A stretch of 13,893 nt of DNA from Deltaproteobacteria bacterium (lineage in GTDB: Bacteria > Desulfobacterota > Binatia > UBA12015). Below are positions 1 through 7,954 of this stretch, in pieces. Within the stretch, counting starts at the first letter, position 1. Each line of letters begins with the position of its first letter. The translations under genes and the position numbers were made by a program. The notes beneath the pieces are model-generated. The model made no database searches. It saw only the letters and a program-made list of their open reading frames with translations, and was not told the origin of the DNA. The DNA lies in assembly GCA_046583355.1 (NCBI GenBank), contig JAYGCM010000037.1:1-13893 (forward strand), in the 5' to 3' direction.

Positions 1-35
1 GATTCAGCGGCGCCAGCGCGATCCGGACCGCAACG

Positions 36-73
36 AAAAAAGGCCCTGCACGGGTTTCCGTGCAGGGCCTTTT
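36..73 (-). terminator. Rho-independent terminator of the glnK-amtB operon (possibly bidirectional)
   Basis: Perfect 12-bp stem GGCCCTGCACGG (42-53) / CCGTGCAGGGCC (58-69) with a 4-nt loop. A6 at 36-41 gives a U6 tail on the minus strand, and T4 lies at 70-73. It sits about 50 nt past the amtB stop. Confidence 0.9.
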
Positions 74-122
74 CTGGCTCGCGGCCTCGGGGGAGGAGGC
101 CGCCGAGCCAGAGCTTTCCCGC

Positions 123-1478
123 CTAGCTGGGGCGGCTCAGGCCGAGCGGCGCGTCCAGATTCGCGCCGGTAGTATGCAGGTCGTAGGCATGCATGCCGTG
201 CTCGCCGATATCGAGGCCGCCGAGTTCTTCTTCCTCGGATACCCGCAGCCCCATGGTCAGATTGATCGCACCGAAGACCACGAAGACGCAGACCAGGGTG
301 AAGGCCGCGTAGGCACCGACGCCGATCAGTTGCGTCACGAAGCTATGGTCGGGGTTGGTCGAGAAGATGCCGACAGCCAAGGTGCCCCAGATGCCGCAGA
401 CGAGATGGACCGAGATGGCACCAACGGGGTCGTCGATACGAATACGGTCGAAGAAGAGCACCGAGCCCACGACCAAGCCACCGGCAAGTCCGCCGATGAT
501 GATGGCAGAGAACGGCGTCACCACATCGGCACCAGCGGTTACACCGACCAGCCCGGCGAGGATGCCGTTCAGCAACATCGAGAGGTCGGGTTTGGTCGAC
601 ACGAATGTATAGGCGACCATCGCACCCAAGCCGCCCGCGGCAGCCGCGAGGCAGGTGGTGACGAGCACCAAGGAGGTGAGTGCGGGGTCGGCCGAGAGGA
701 CCGAGCCGCCGTTGAAGCCGAACCAGCCAAGCCAGAGGAGGAAGACGCCGATGGTCGCCATCGGCATATTACTGCCCGGAATCGGCGTCAGGCGGCCGTC
801 GGGGCCGAATTTGCCGAGTCGTCCGCCGAGCATCCATGCGCCCACCAGGGCACCCCAGCCACCGACGCTATGAACCAGCGTGGAGCCAGCGAAATCGTAG
901 AAGCCCAACTGGTCGAGCCAGCCGCCGCCCCATTTCCAGGAGCCGGCGATCGGGTAGATGAAGGCGACGAAGATGACCGCGAATATCATGAAGGCGGGCA
1001 GCTTGATGCGTTCGGCCACCGCACCGGAGACGATCGTCGCACAAGTCGCGGCGAACATTCCCTGGAAGATGAAGTCGGTCCAATAAGTGTAGCCGCCGCC
1101 TGCGTAGGCGGCCGTTTGTGCTCCGGCGTCGAAGCCGGCGCTGAGGCCAAAGCCGGCAAAGCCGAGGAAGCCGTTGAAATCGCCGGGGTACATGAGATTG
1201 AAGCCAAGAATATAATAAGTGATCAAGCCGCTGCAGATCACGAATACGTTCTTGAAGAGGATATTGGTCGCGTTCTTGGCCCGGGTGAGGCCGGTCTCCA
1301 CCGAAGCGAAGCCGAGGTGCATGATGAACACCAAGGCGGTGCAGACCATCATCCAGACGTTGTTGGCGACGAAGACGCCCATAGAGACCGACTCGGTCTC
1401 CTCGGCGCCCGCGACTGCGGGGAGAAGCAATGCAGCGCCGAATGCCAGGCGCCCGATTGTGGATTTACGGAATTTCAT
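123..1478 (-). CDS. amtB: Ammonium transporter AmtB with N-terminal signal peptide
   Basis: Amt motifs FQGMFAATCATIVSGAVAER, WKWGGGWL, DFAGSTLVH, LWLGWFGFNGGS, NGILAGLV, DDPVGAISVH and GLDIGEHG; both pore histidines are present. Start moved from 1550 to the ATG at 1478, which has AGGAAGGA upstream and begins a signal peptide (MKFRK...AVAGA). Confidence 0.97.
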   Translation of the reverse strand: MKFRKSTIGRLAFGAALLLPAVAGAEETESVSMGVFVANNVWMMVCTALVFIMHLGFASVETGLTRAKNATNILFKNVFVICSGLITYYILGFNLMYPGDFNGFLGFAGFGLSAGFDAGAQTAAYAGGGYTYWTDFIFQGMFAATCATIVSGAVAERIKLPAFMIFAVIFVAFIYPIAGSWKWGGGWLDQLGFYDFAGSTLVHSVGGWGALVGAWMLGGRLGKFGPDGRLTPIPGSNMPMATIGVFLLWLGWFGFNGGSVLSADPALTSLVLVTTCLAAAAGGLGAMVAYTFVSTKPDLSMLLNGILAGLVGVTAGADVVTPFSAIIIGGLAGGLVVGSVLFFDRIRIDDPVGAISVHLVCGIWGTLAVGIFSTNPDHSFVTQLIGVGAYAAFTLVCVFVVFGAINLTMGLRVSEEEELGGLDIGEHGMHAYDLHTTGANLDAPLGLSRPS

Positions 1479-1500
1479 GATGTCCTTCCTTGCGTGCTGA

Positions 1501-1890
<390 letters not shown>

Positions 1891-1895
1891 CTATT

Positions 1896-1911
1896 TGCAA
1901 CCAGCGTGCCG
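1896..1911 (-). promoter_or_regulatory. sigma54 (RpoN) -24/-12 promoter for glnK-amtB
   Basis: Minus strand reads CGGCACGCTGGTTGCA against consensus TGGCACG-N4-TTGCW, with exact GG-N10-GC spacing. Predicted TSS near 1885, about 46 nt before the glnK start. Confidence 0.88.
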
Positions 1912-1962
1912 GGCGAAATTGCCTACAAATCGAATGGATTTGGGCGCTGTCGCTCGTGGTGC

Positions 1963-1998
1963 TGCCGTCCGAATCAGCAACTGCTGATTATTTAGGCA
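1963..1998. promoter_or_regulatory. Candidate NtrC-family enhancer: two adjacent TGC-N11-GCA boxes
   Basis: TGCCGTCCGAATCAGCA (1963-1979) and TGCTGATTATTTAGGCA (1982-1998, AT-rich core), centred about 86 and 105 bp upstream of the predicted sigma54 TSS. Confidence 0.6.
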
Positions 1999-2123
1999 GC
2001 CGATCTCCCGCTTGAGCAGCAGAAGTCGTCCCAACCGGGGCGGTGACGGGCGCACTCTTGCGGGCCGGACGCGTGCGCCGGTGAATTGGCGCCGAAAACC
2101 GGCCATTGCTAGCGATTCAGACG

Positions 2124-4778
2124 ATGTCGACCGAGCTGGCAAAGGCCTACGAACCGCAAGAAGTAGAGGAACGCTGGGCGCGCACCTGGATCGATCAGAA
2201 GATCTTCGAGGCTGATCCGGAAGCAGAAGGCGAGCCCTTCTCGATTGTGATTCCGCCGCCGAATATCACCGGTCGGCTGCATCTGGGCCATGCGTTGAAC
2301 AATACCTTGCAGGATCTGCTGATCCGCTTCCATAAGATGGACGGCGCCAATACGCTTTGGATCCCCGGCACCGACCATGCCTCCATCGCGACCCAGAATG
2401 TGGTCGAGCGGAAGCTGGCCGAAGACGGGCTCGACCGTCACGCGATCGGCCGGGAGGCTTTCCTGGAGAAGACCTTTGCGTGGAAGGGCGAGGTCGGTCC
2501 TTATATCGTCGCGCAATTGCAGCGGCTTGGCGCGGCCTGCGATTGGTCTCGCGAGCGCTTTACGATGGACGAGGGACTCTCGCGCTCGGTGCGCGAGGTC
2601 TTCGTGCGCCTGCACCAAGATGGTCTGATCTATCGCGGCCGGCGCCTGATCAATTGGTGTTGCCGTTGCGGCACGGCGCTCTCCGATATTGAGGTCGAGC
2701 ACCGCGACGAGAAGGGCAGCCTCTGGCATCTGCGCTACCCGGCGAGCGATGGCGGCCCCGGAATTGTGGTGGCGACCACGCGCCCTGAGACAATGCTCGG
2801 CGACACGGCGGTTGCGGTCCACCCGGACGACGAACGCTACGCGGCGCTCGTCGGCAAGATGCTGGTCTTGCCGCTGGTCGGTCGGGAGATCCCGGTGATC
2901 GCCGACGATCAGGTCGATCGCGAATTTGGTACGGGCGCGGTGAAGATCACGCCGGCCCATGATTTCAGCGATTTCGAGATGGGGCAGCGCCACGATCTTG
3001 AGGCCATTGCCGTGATTGACGAGCAGGGTCGCATGAACGAAGCGGCCGGACGTTTCAAAGGCCAGGACCGCGCTGAATGCCGCGCGGCCGTGGTCGAGGC
3101 TCTTGGCGCGTCGGGCGAATTGGTGGCGACCGAAGACCATCCCCACGCCGTGGGGACTTGTTACCGCTGCCACGAAATTGTCGAGCCCTTGCTCTCGACC
3201 CAATGGTTCGTGTCGGTTGCCGAACTCGCCGAGCCGGCCATGCAGGCCGTGCGCGATGGCCGAACGACCTTCCATCCGGCGCATTGGTCCAAGACTTATT
3301 TCGCCTGGCTCGAAAATATTCGCGATTGGTGCATCTCGCGCCAGCTCTGGTGGGGCCACCGGATTCCCGCCTGGTATTGCGATGCCTGCCCGGATAACGA
3401 CCCCCTGGTCGCTCTGGAGGCGCCTGCCGCGTGCCCCGATTGTGGCGGCTCGCTGCGCCAGGACGAAGATGTCCTCGATACCTGGTTCTCCTCGGGTCTA
3501 TGGCCCTTCTCGACCATGGGCTGGCCCGATAAGACGCCCGAAATGGCGAAGTATTATCCGACTTCGGTGCTGGTCACCGGTTTCGATATCCTTTTCTTCT
3601 GGGTCGCGCGCATGATGATGTTCGGGCTTCGTTTCACCGGCGAGGTTCCCTTCCGCGACGTCTACGTGCATGGCCTGGTGCGCGACGAATTCGGCGCCAA
3701 GATGAGCAAATCGAAGGGCAATGTGCGCGACCCGCTCGAGCTCCTGGCGCAATACGGCACCGATGCTCTGCGCTTTACGTTGGTCTCGCAGACGGCCCTG
3801 GGCCGCGATATTCGCCTCTCGGTCGACCGCATCGAGGGCAACCGGGCGTTTGCCAACAAGATCTGGAATGCCGCGCGCTTCGTTCATATGAACCTGGAGG
3901 ATTTCGACCCCGCCCATGATGCCGGCGAGGACGACCTTGCCGGGAAATGGATTCGGGCGCGTCTCTCGCGGGTGATCGAGGAAGTACGCGAAGCTGTCCG
4001 CCTCTATCGCTTCAACGATATCTCTACGGCGCTCTATCGCTTCTTCTGGAACGAATACTGCGATTGGTATCTCGAACTCGCGAAGCCAGCGCTGATGGGC
4101 GACGACGTAGCGCGCCGCGCGGCGACGCAACGTACTTTGGTCGAGGTGCTCGACGCGGCGCTGCGGCTGCTGCACCCGACCATGCCTTTTGTGACCGAAG
4201 AGTTGTGGCGCTCGCTGCCGCGCACCGAGGCGACACCGGAGAGTATGGTCTTTGCCGCCATGCCGCGGGCCGAAGACTTTGTCCGTGACGAAGCAGCCGA
4301 GGCGGCGGGGGAGCGCTTGATTGCGGTGGTGCGTGCGATTCGCAGCATTCGCTCGGAGTTGGGAGTGGCGCCTTCGCGCCGGATTGCCGCGTCGATCGGC
4401 GGCGCCGCCGCCAGCACCGCGGCCGTCCGCGAGTTGGCCGCCGAGATCGGAAACCTGGCGCGGATTGATTCTTTGCAATGGCTGGCCGAGGGTGAGCGTC
4501 CGCGTGGCGCCGCTGTGGCTGCGGCCGCTGGCGTCGAGATTTTCGTCCCATTGGCCGGCCTGATCGATGTCGAAGCCGAGCGGAGCCGTCTGGAGAAGAC
4601 GCGTGGCAAATTGGCGAAAGAGCTCGGGCGCATCGAGAAAAAACTTGGCAACGAGTCTTTCCTGGCGCGTGCGCCGGCCGAGGTCGTTGCCAAAGAACAT
4701 GGCAAGCTTGAGGAATTGCGTGCCGAGCAGGGCTTGCTCGAGAGCGCCTTGGAGCGCCTGGCCGAGGTGGATGCCTAG
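2124..4778 (+). CDS. valS: Valine--tRNA ligase
   Basis: HIGH-type PPPNITGRLHLGHA, GTDHASIATQ, VATTRPETMLGD, DWCISRQLWWGHRIP, KMSKSKGN and a C-terminal coiled coil (KKLGNESFLARAPAEVV). The ATG at 2124 (MSTELAKAYEP) is preferred over the TTG at 2106. Confidence 0.98.
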   Translation: MSTELAKAYEPQEVEERWARTWIDQKIFEADPEAEGEPFSIVIPPPNITGRLHLGHALNNTLQDLLIRFHKMDGANTLWIPGTDHASIATQNVVERKLAEDGLDRHAIGREAFLEKTFAWKGEVGPYIVAQLQRLGAACDWSRERFTMDEGLSRSVREVFVRLHQDGLIYRGRRLINWCCRCGTALSDIEVEHRDEKGSLWHLRYPASDGGPGIVVATTRPETMLGDTAVAVHPDDERYAALVGKMLVLPLVGREIPVIADDQVDREFGTGAVKITPAHDFSDFEMGQRHDLEAIAVIDEQGRMNEAAGRFKGQDRAECRAAVVEALGASGELVATEDHPHAVGTCYRCHEIVEPLLSTQWFVSVAELAEPAMQAVRDGRTTFHPAHWSKTYFAWLENIRDWCISRQLWWGHRIPAWYCDACPDNDPLVALEAPAACPDCGGSLRQDEDVLDTWFSSGLWPFSTMGWPDKTPEMAKYYPTSVLVTGFDILFFWVARMMMFGLRFTGEVPFRDVYVHGLVRDEFGAKMSKSKGNVRDPLELLAQYGTDALRFTLVSQTALGRDIRLSVDRIEGNRAFANKIWNAARFVHMNLEDFDPAHDAGEDDLAGKWIRARLSRVIEEVREAVRLYRFNDISTALYRFFWNEYCDWYLELAKPALMGDDVARRAATQRTLVEVLDAALRLLHPTMPFVTEELWRSLPRTEATPESMVFAAMPRAEDFVRDEAAEAAGERLIAVVRAIRSIRSELGVAPSRRIAASIGGAAASTAAVRELAAEIGNLARIDSLQWLAEGERPRGAAVAAAAGVEIFVPLAGLIDVEAERSRLEKTRGKLAKELGRIEKKLGNESFLARAPAEVVAKEHGKLEELRAEQGLLESALERLAEVDA

Positions 4779-5663
4779 ATGGCCGTTACTACTGGAGTGC
4801 CAGATCCCTTTGCCTCGGCCGCGACGCGTCGTTTGGTTGCGGCGGCTCTGCGTGAGGATCTCGGTCGCGGCGACGTGACCTCGGCGGCGACGATTCCGGC
4901 CACGGCCCGCGCCAAAGGCAAGCTGGTGCTGCGCGAGTCTGCCGTGGTCGCCGGGTTGCCCTTGGCCGAGTTGATCTTTGCCGAGTTGGCGGCGGACCAG
5001 CCGCCGGTGCGGGTTCGGGCGCGGGTGGCCGAGGGAAAGCGCGCTGCGGCCGGGCGCACCATCGCGGAGCTCGACGGTCCGCTGCGCGCCATGCTCGCGG
5101 GCGAGCGTGTCCTGCTGAACCTCCTGCAGACCCTCTCGGGAACGGCGACCCTTACGCGCACCTTCGTGGATGCCGTAAAGGGCACGGGCGCGAAAATCCT
5201 CGACACGCGCAAGACGATTCCCGGCCTCCGGCTTCTGCAGAAATACGCCGTGCGTTGCGGCGGCGGCACGAACCATCGCTTCGGTCTCGATGATGGCGTG
5301 CTGATCAAGGACAACCATATTGTCGGTGCCGGATCCGTGCGGGCTGCCGTGACGCGCGCGCGCGCGGCTGTGCCACACGGACTCAAGGTCGAGATCGAAT
5401 GCGATCAGCTGAGTCAGGTCCGTGAGGCTTTGGCGGCAGGCGCCGATATCGTTCTGCTGGATAATATGACGCCGGGACAGGTCGCCCGCTGTTGCGAAGT
5501 GATCGCGGGGCGCGCCGTGGTGGAAGTCTCCGGCGGGCTCACGATCGAGCGGGTACGCGAATACGCCGAGGCCGGGGCGGAGCTCCTCTCGATTGGTCGG
5601 TTGACTCATTCGGCACCGGCCATCGATATCGGTCTTGACCTCGAGATGCGCAAGCGCCGATGA
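4779..5663 (+). CDS. nadC: Nicotinate-nucleotide diphosphorylase (quinolinate phosphoribosyltransferase)
   Basis: EDLGRGDVTS, ERVLLNLLQ, DTRKTIPGLR, NHRFGLDDGVLIKDNH, LLDNM, SGG, SIGRLTHSA. The ATG directly abuts the valS TAG. Confidence 0.97.
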   Translation: MAVTTGVPDPFASAATRRLVAAALREDLGRGDVTSAATIPATARAKGKLVLRESAVVAGLPLAELIFAELAADQPPVRVRARVAEGKRAAAGRTIAELDGPLRAMLAGERVLLNLLQTLSGTATLTRTFVDAVKGTGAKILDTRKTIPGLRLLQKYAVRCGGGTNHRFGLDDGVLIKDNHIVGAGSVRAAVTRARAAVPHGLKVEIECDQLSQVREALAAGADIVLLDNMTPGQVARCCEVIAGRAVVEVSGGLTIERVREYAEAGAELLSIGRLTHSAPAIDIGLDLEMRKRR

Positions 5664-6478
5664 GTCAGGGCTTGCCGATCGATGCTGCGGCTTTGCGCGT
5701 GGCGCTCGTCGACTCGGATCTGCTGGCCTCGGTCGAGCATCATGAGACCATCGACTCGACCAATCGGCGCGCCGCTGAACTCGGCCGCGCGGATGCGGCC
5801 GCCATTGCGCTGATTGTGGCCGAGCACCAGAGTGCCGGGCGCGGTCGCCAGGGGAGGGTTTGGGAGTCTCCGGCGCGGCGCAATTTTTATGGATCCTTCC
5901 TGCTGCGTCCCACGTTGGAGCCGGCCGCCGTACCACCCATCACTCTGGTCGCGGCTCTGGCGGTGGTCGATGCTGCACTTGCCTGTGGCGTGGTCGGTGC
6001 GGGAATCAAATGGCCCAATGATATTCTTTTCTCCGGGCGGAAGGCCGCCGGCATTCTGACCGAAATGGAAACCGGCCCGTCCGGGGTGGCGTTCGTCGTG
6101 GTCGGCATCGGTGTGAATCTCAATCTGCAACCTACGGAGATCGCGCCGGATCTGGTTGGTCGGGCGACCAGCCTGGCGATCGAATCGGGGCAGGAGATGG
6201 ATCGGACGCATTTTGTCGAATGCCTGGCCGGCGCCTTGGCGAGTCGGTTGGACGCATTTCGGCAAGGCGGCTTTGCGGTGCTTCGGGCCGATTACGAGGC
6301 CCTCCATATCCTGCAGGGCCGAGAGGTGAAGGTCACGGGCGGCGCGGCACCGCGCGGACGGGTCGCGGGGGTCGACGATGCCGGTGCGTTATTGCTGGAC
6401 ACGGCGCGTGGCCGTGTCGCCGTCCATGCCGGGGAAGTGACCCTGGCCGCAAACTACGATACGCTTGCGCGCGATTAA
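5660..6478 (+). CDS. birA: Biotin--[acetyl-CoA carboxylase] ligase, no N-terminal HTH domain (class I type)
   Basis: IDSTN, AEHQSAGRGRQGRVW, IKWPNDI, RKAAGILTE, GIGVN and a C-terminal SH3-like GVDDAGALL...AGEV. ATGA overlap with nadC. Confidence 0.95.
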   Translation: MSQGLPIDAAALRVALVDSDLLASVEHHETIDSTNRRAAELGRADAAAIALIVAEHQSAGRGRQGRVWESPARRNFYGSFLLRPTLEPAAVPPITLVAALAVVDAALACGVVGAGIKWPNDILFSGRKAAGILTEMETGPSGVAFVVVGIGVNLNLQPTEIAPDLVGRATSLAIESGQEMDRTHFVECLAGALASRLDAFRQGGFAVLRADYEALHILQGREVKVTGGAAPRGRVAGVDDAGALLLDTARGRVAVHAGEVTLAANYDTLARD

Positions 6479-6506
6479 GGGGCGAAATTCAGCACTCGCG
6501 TGGGCA

Positions 6507-6535
6507 TTGCACTTTTCGGTCCTACCTCCTAGGCA
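6507..6535 (+). promoter_or_regulatory. Candidate internal sigma70-type promoter upstream of coaX
   Basis: TTGCAC-N17-TAGGCA, followed by TGAAAGGTC and the ATG at 6545. Confidence 0.4.
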
Positions 6536-6544
6536 TGAAAGGTC

Positions 6545-7333
6545 ATGCTTCTCGCGATCGATGTAGGCAATACCCATACAGTGCTCGGGCTCTTTGACGG
6601 CAAGAAATTGCGCCGTCATTGGCGGGTGCTCACTGAGCATACTCGCACGGCCGACGAATATAGTGTTTTCGTCTGGAATTTGACGCGCATGGCCGGCGTC
6701 AAGCCGACCGAGATCGAAGGCATCATCGTGGCGAATGTCGTACCGCCGATGCAAGCGGTCATCGAGACAACCTGTCGCGATACTTTCGGTAAGCAGCCGA
6801 TCTACGTCGGCCCTGGCGTAAAAACCGGAATGCCGATTCTCTACGACAATCCGCGCGAGGTGGGCGCCGACCGAATCGTGAATGCGGTTGCCGGCTATGA
6901 GCGCGTGCGCGATTTCTGCATCATCGTCGATTTCGGCACCGCCACCACCTTTGATGTCGTAAGCGAGAAGGGTGAGTACCTCGGTGGCGTGATCGCGCCG
7001 GGGCTCGGTATCTCGCTTGACGCTCTCTTTGCTCGCACCGCGAAATTGCAGGCCGTGGAAATGGTGAAGCCGCCGCGCGTCGTGGGCCGCAATACCATCA
7101 ACTCCATTCAATCCGGTATTTTCTACGGCTATGTCGCGATGGTCGACGGCGTCGTCGAGCGGATCGAGAAGGAGCTGGGGCGCAAAGCGGAGGTGGCTGC
7201 CACGGGCGGTTTTGCCGAGCTGATTGCCGGCGAATCGACAAAAATCAGCTACGTCGACGAATTTCTCACCCTCGAGGGCCTCCGGATGATCTACGATCGT
7301 AACCGGGAGGCAAGAGGGCATGGGGGCGAATGA
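6545..7333 (+). CDS. coaX: Type III pantothenate kinase
   Basis: IDVGNTHT, NPREVGADR, VDFGTATTFD, GGVIAPG, NTINSIQSG, ATGG, LTLEGL. Follows birA, as is common. Confidence 0.96.
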   Translation: MLLAIDVGNTHTVLGLFDGKKLRRHWRVLTEHTRTADEYSVFVWNLTRMAGVKPTEIEGIIVANVVPPMQAVIETTCRDTFGKQPIYVGPGVKTGMPILYDNPREVGADRIVNAVAGYERVRDFCIIVDFGTATTFDVVSEKGEYLGGVIAPGLGISLDALFARTAKLQAVEMVKPPRVVGRNTINSIQSGIFYGYVAMVDGVVERIEKELGRKAEVAATGGFAELIAGESTKISYVDEFLTLEGLRMIYDRNREARGHGGE

Positions 7334-7397
7334 GCCTGACCGCTTGTTGCGCGTGAAGGTGGTGCCCGCCAAGGTCCCGTGGGGCGCCGCTTCATGA
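7320..7397 (+). CDS. Putative 25-aa small ORF (MGANEPDRLLRVKVVPAKVPWGAAS)
   Basis: ATG at 7320 with GGAGG (7306-7310) 9 nt upstream. It overlaps the end of coaX, and its TGA overlaps the next ATG as ATGA (7394-7397). No recognisable family. Confidence 0.3.
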   Translation: MGANEPDRLLRVKVVPAKVPWGAAS

Positions 7398-7933
7398 GCG
7401 GCGGCGATCCGGAGGATGCCGAGGTCGAGGCCATCCTCGAAGGTCGGGACTCGATCGTGCTCGACGGGGAGTTGACCGAGGAGGCGCCCGCGACGCAAGA
7501 TCCATCGGTGCCGGTGGTCAGGCGTGAGGCTCTGACAACGCGGATCCGGCGCATGCCCGTGCCCGAGCGCTTGAAGGCGGCCCTGCGCGGCAACCACGAG
7601 GCGCGCAATGTCCTGGCCCGCGACCCGGTGAAGCTGGTGCAGGGGGCGGTATTGAAAAACCCCCGCATCACCGTGGAAGAGGTTCTGAATATCGCGAAGA
7701 GCCGCAGCGTTCAGGGTGATCTGCTGCGGCGGATTGCCGCGCAGCGCGAGTGGGTCCGGCAATACTCGATCCGCCAGGCCCTGGTATTGAACCCCAAAAC
7801 GCCATTGACTGTCTCGCTCGCGCTGCTGGGCGGCTTGCGCGAGCGCGATGTGCAAAAGCTCGCGCGCAGCCGGAACATTCCCGGCGTGATCCAGCAGGCG
7901 GCGCGCCGGCTGCTGGCGCAGCGCGGTCGCTGA
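7394..7933 (+). CDS. Conserved hypothetical alpha-helical repeat protein (LRV/HEAT-like)
   Basis: Acidic, probably disordered N-terminus followed by basic helical repeats: RLKAALRGNHEARNVLARDP, AVLKNPRIT, EWVRQYSIRQALVLNPKTP, KLARSRNIP. ATG at 7394 (alternative GTG at 7379). Confidence 0.8.
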   Translation: MSGGDPEDAEVEAILEGRDSIVLDGELTEEAPATQDPSVPVVRREALTTRIRRMPVPERLKAALRGNHEARNVLARDPVKLVQGAVLKNPRITVEEVLNIAKSRSVQGDLLRRIAAQREWVRQYSIRQALVLNPKTPLTVSLALLGGLRERDVQKLARSRNIPGVIQQAARRLLAQRGR

Positions 7934-7954
7934 TCCGCATGGCGGCCGACGCTC

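Noticed and set aside
1..35. Possible end of a neighbouring gene
   Set aside because: Too little sequence to assign a frame or product.
1999..2123. Possible T-box or other leader RNA before valS
   Set aside because: No T-box consensus or terminator/antiterminator, and the promoter-like motif leaves almost no leader.
3498..5936. 812-aa minus-strand ORF, plus similar ones at 2109-3359, 6389-7855 and 12653-13717
   Set aside because: Mirror frames of valS, nadC, coaX and sucD with no recognisable domains.
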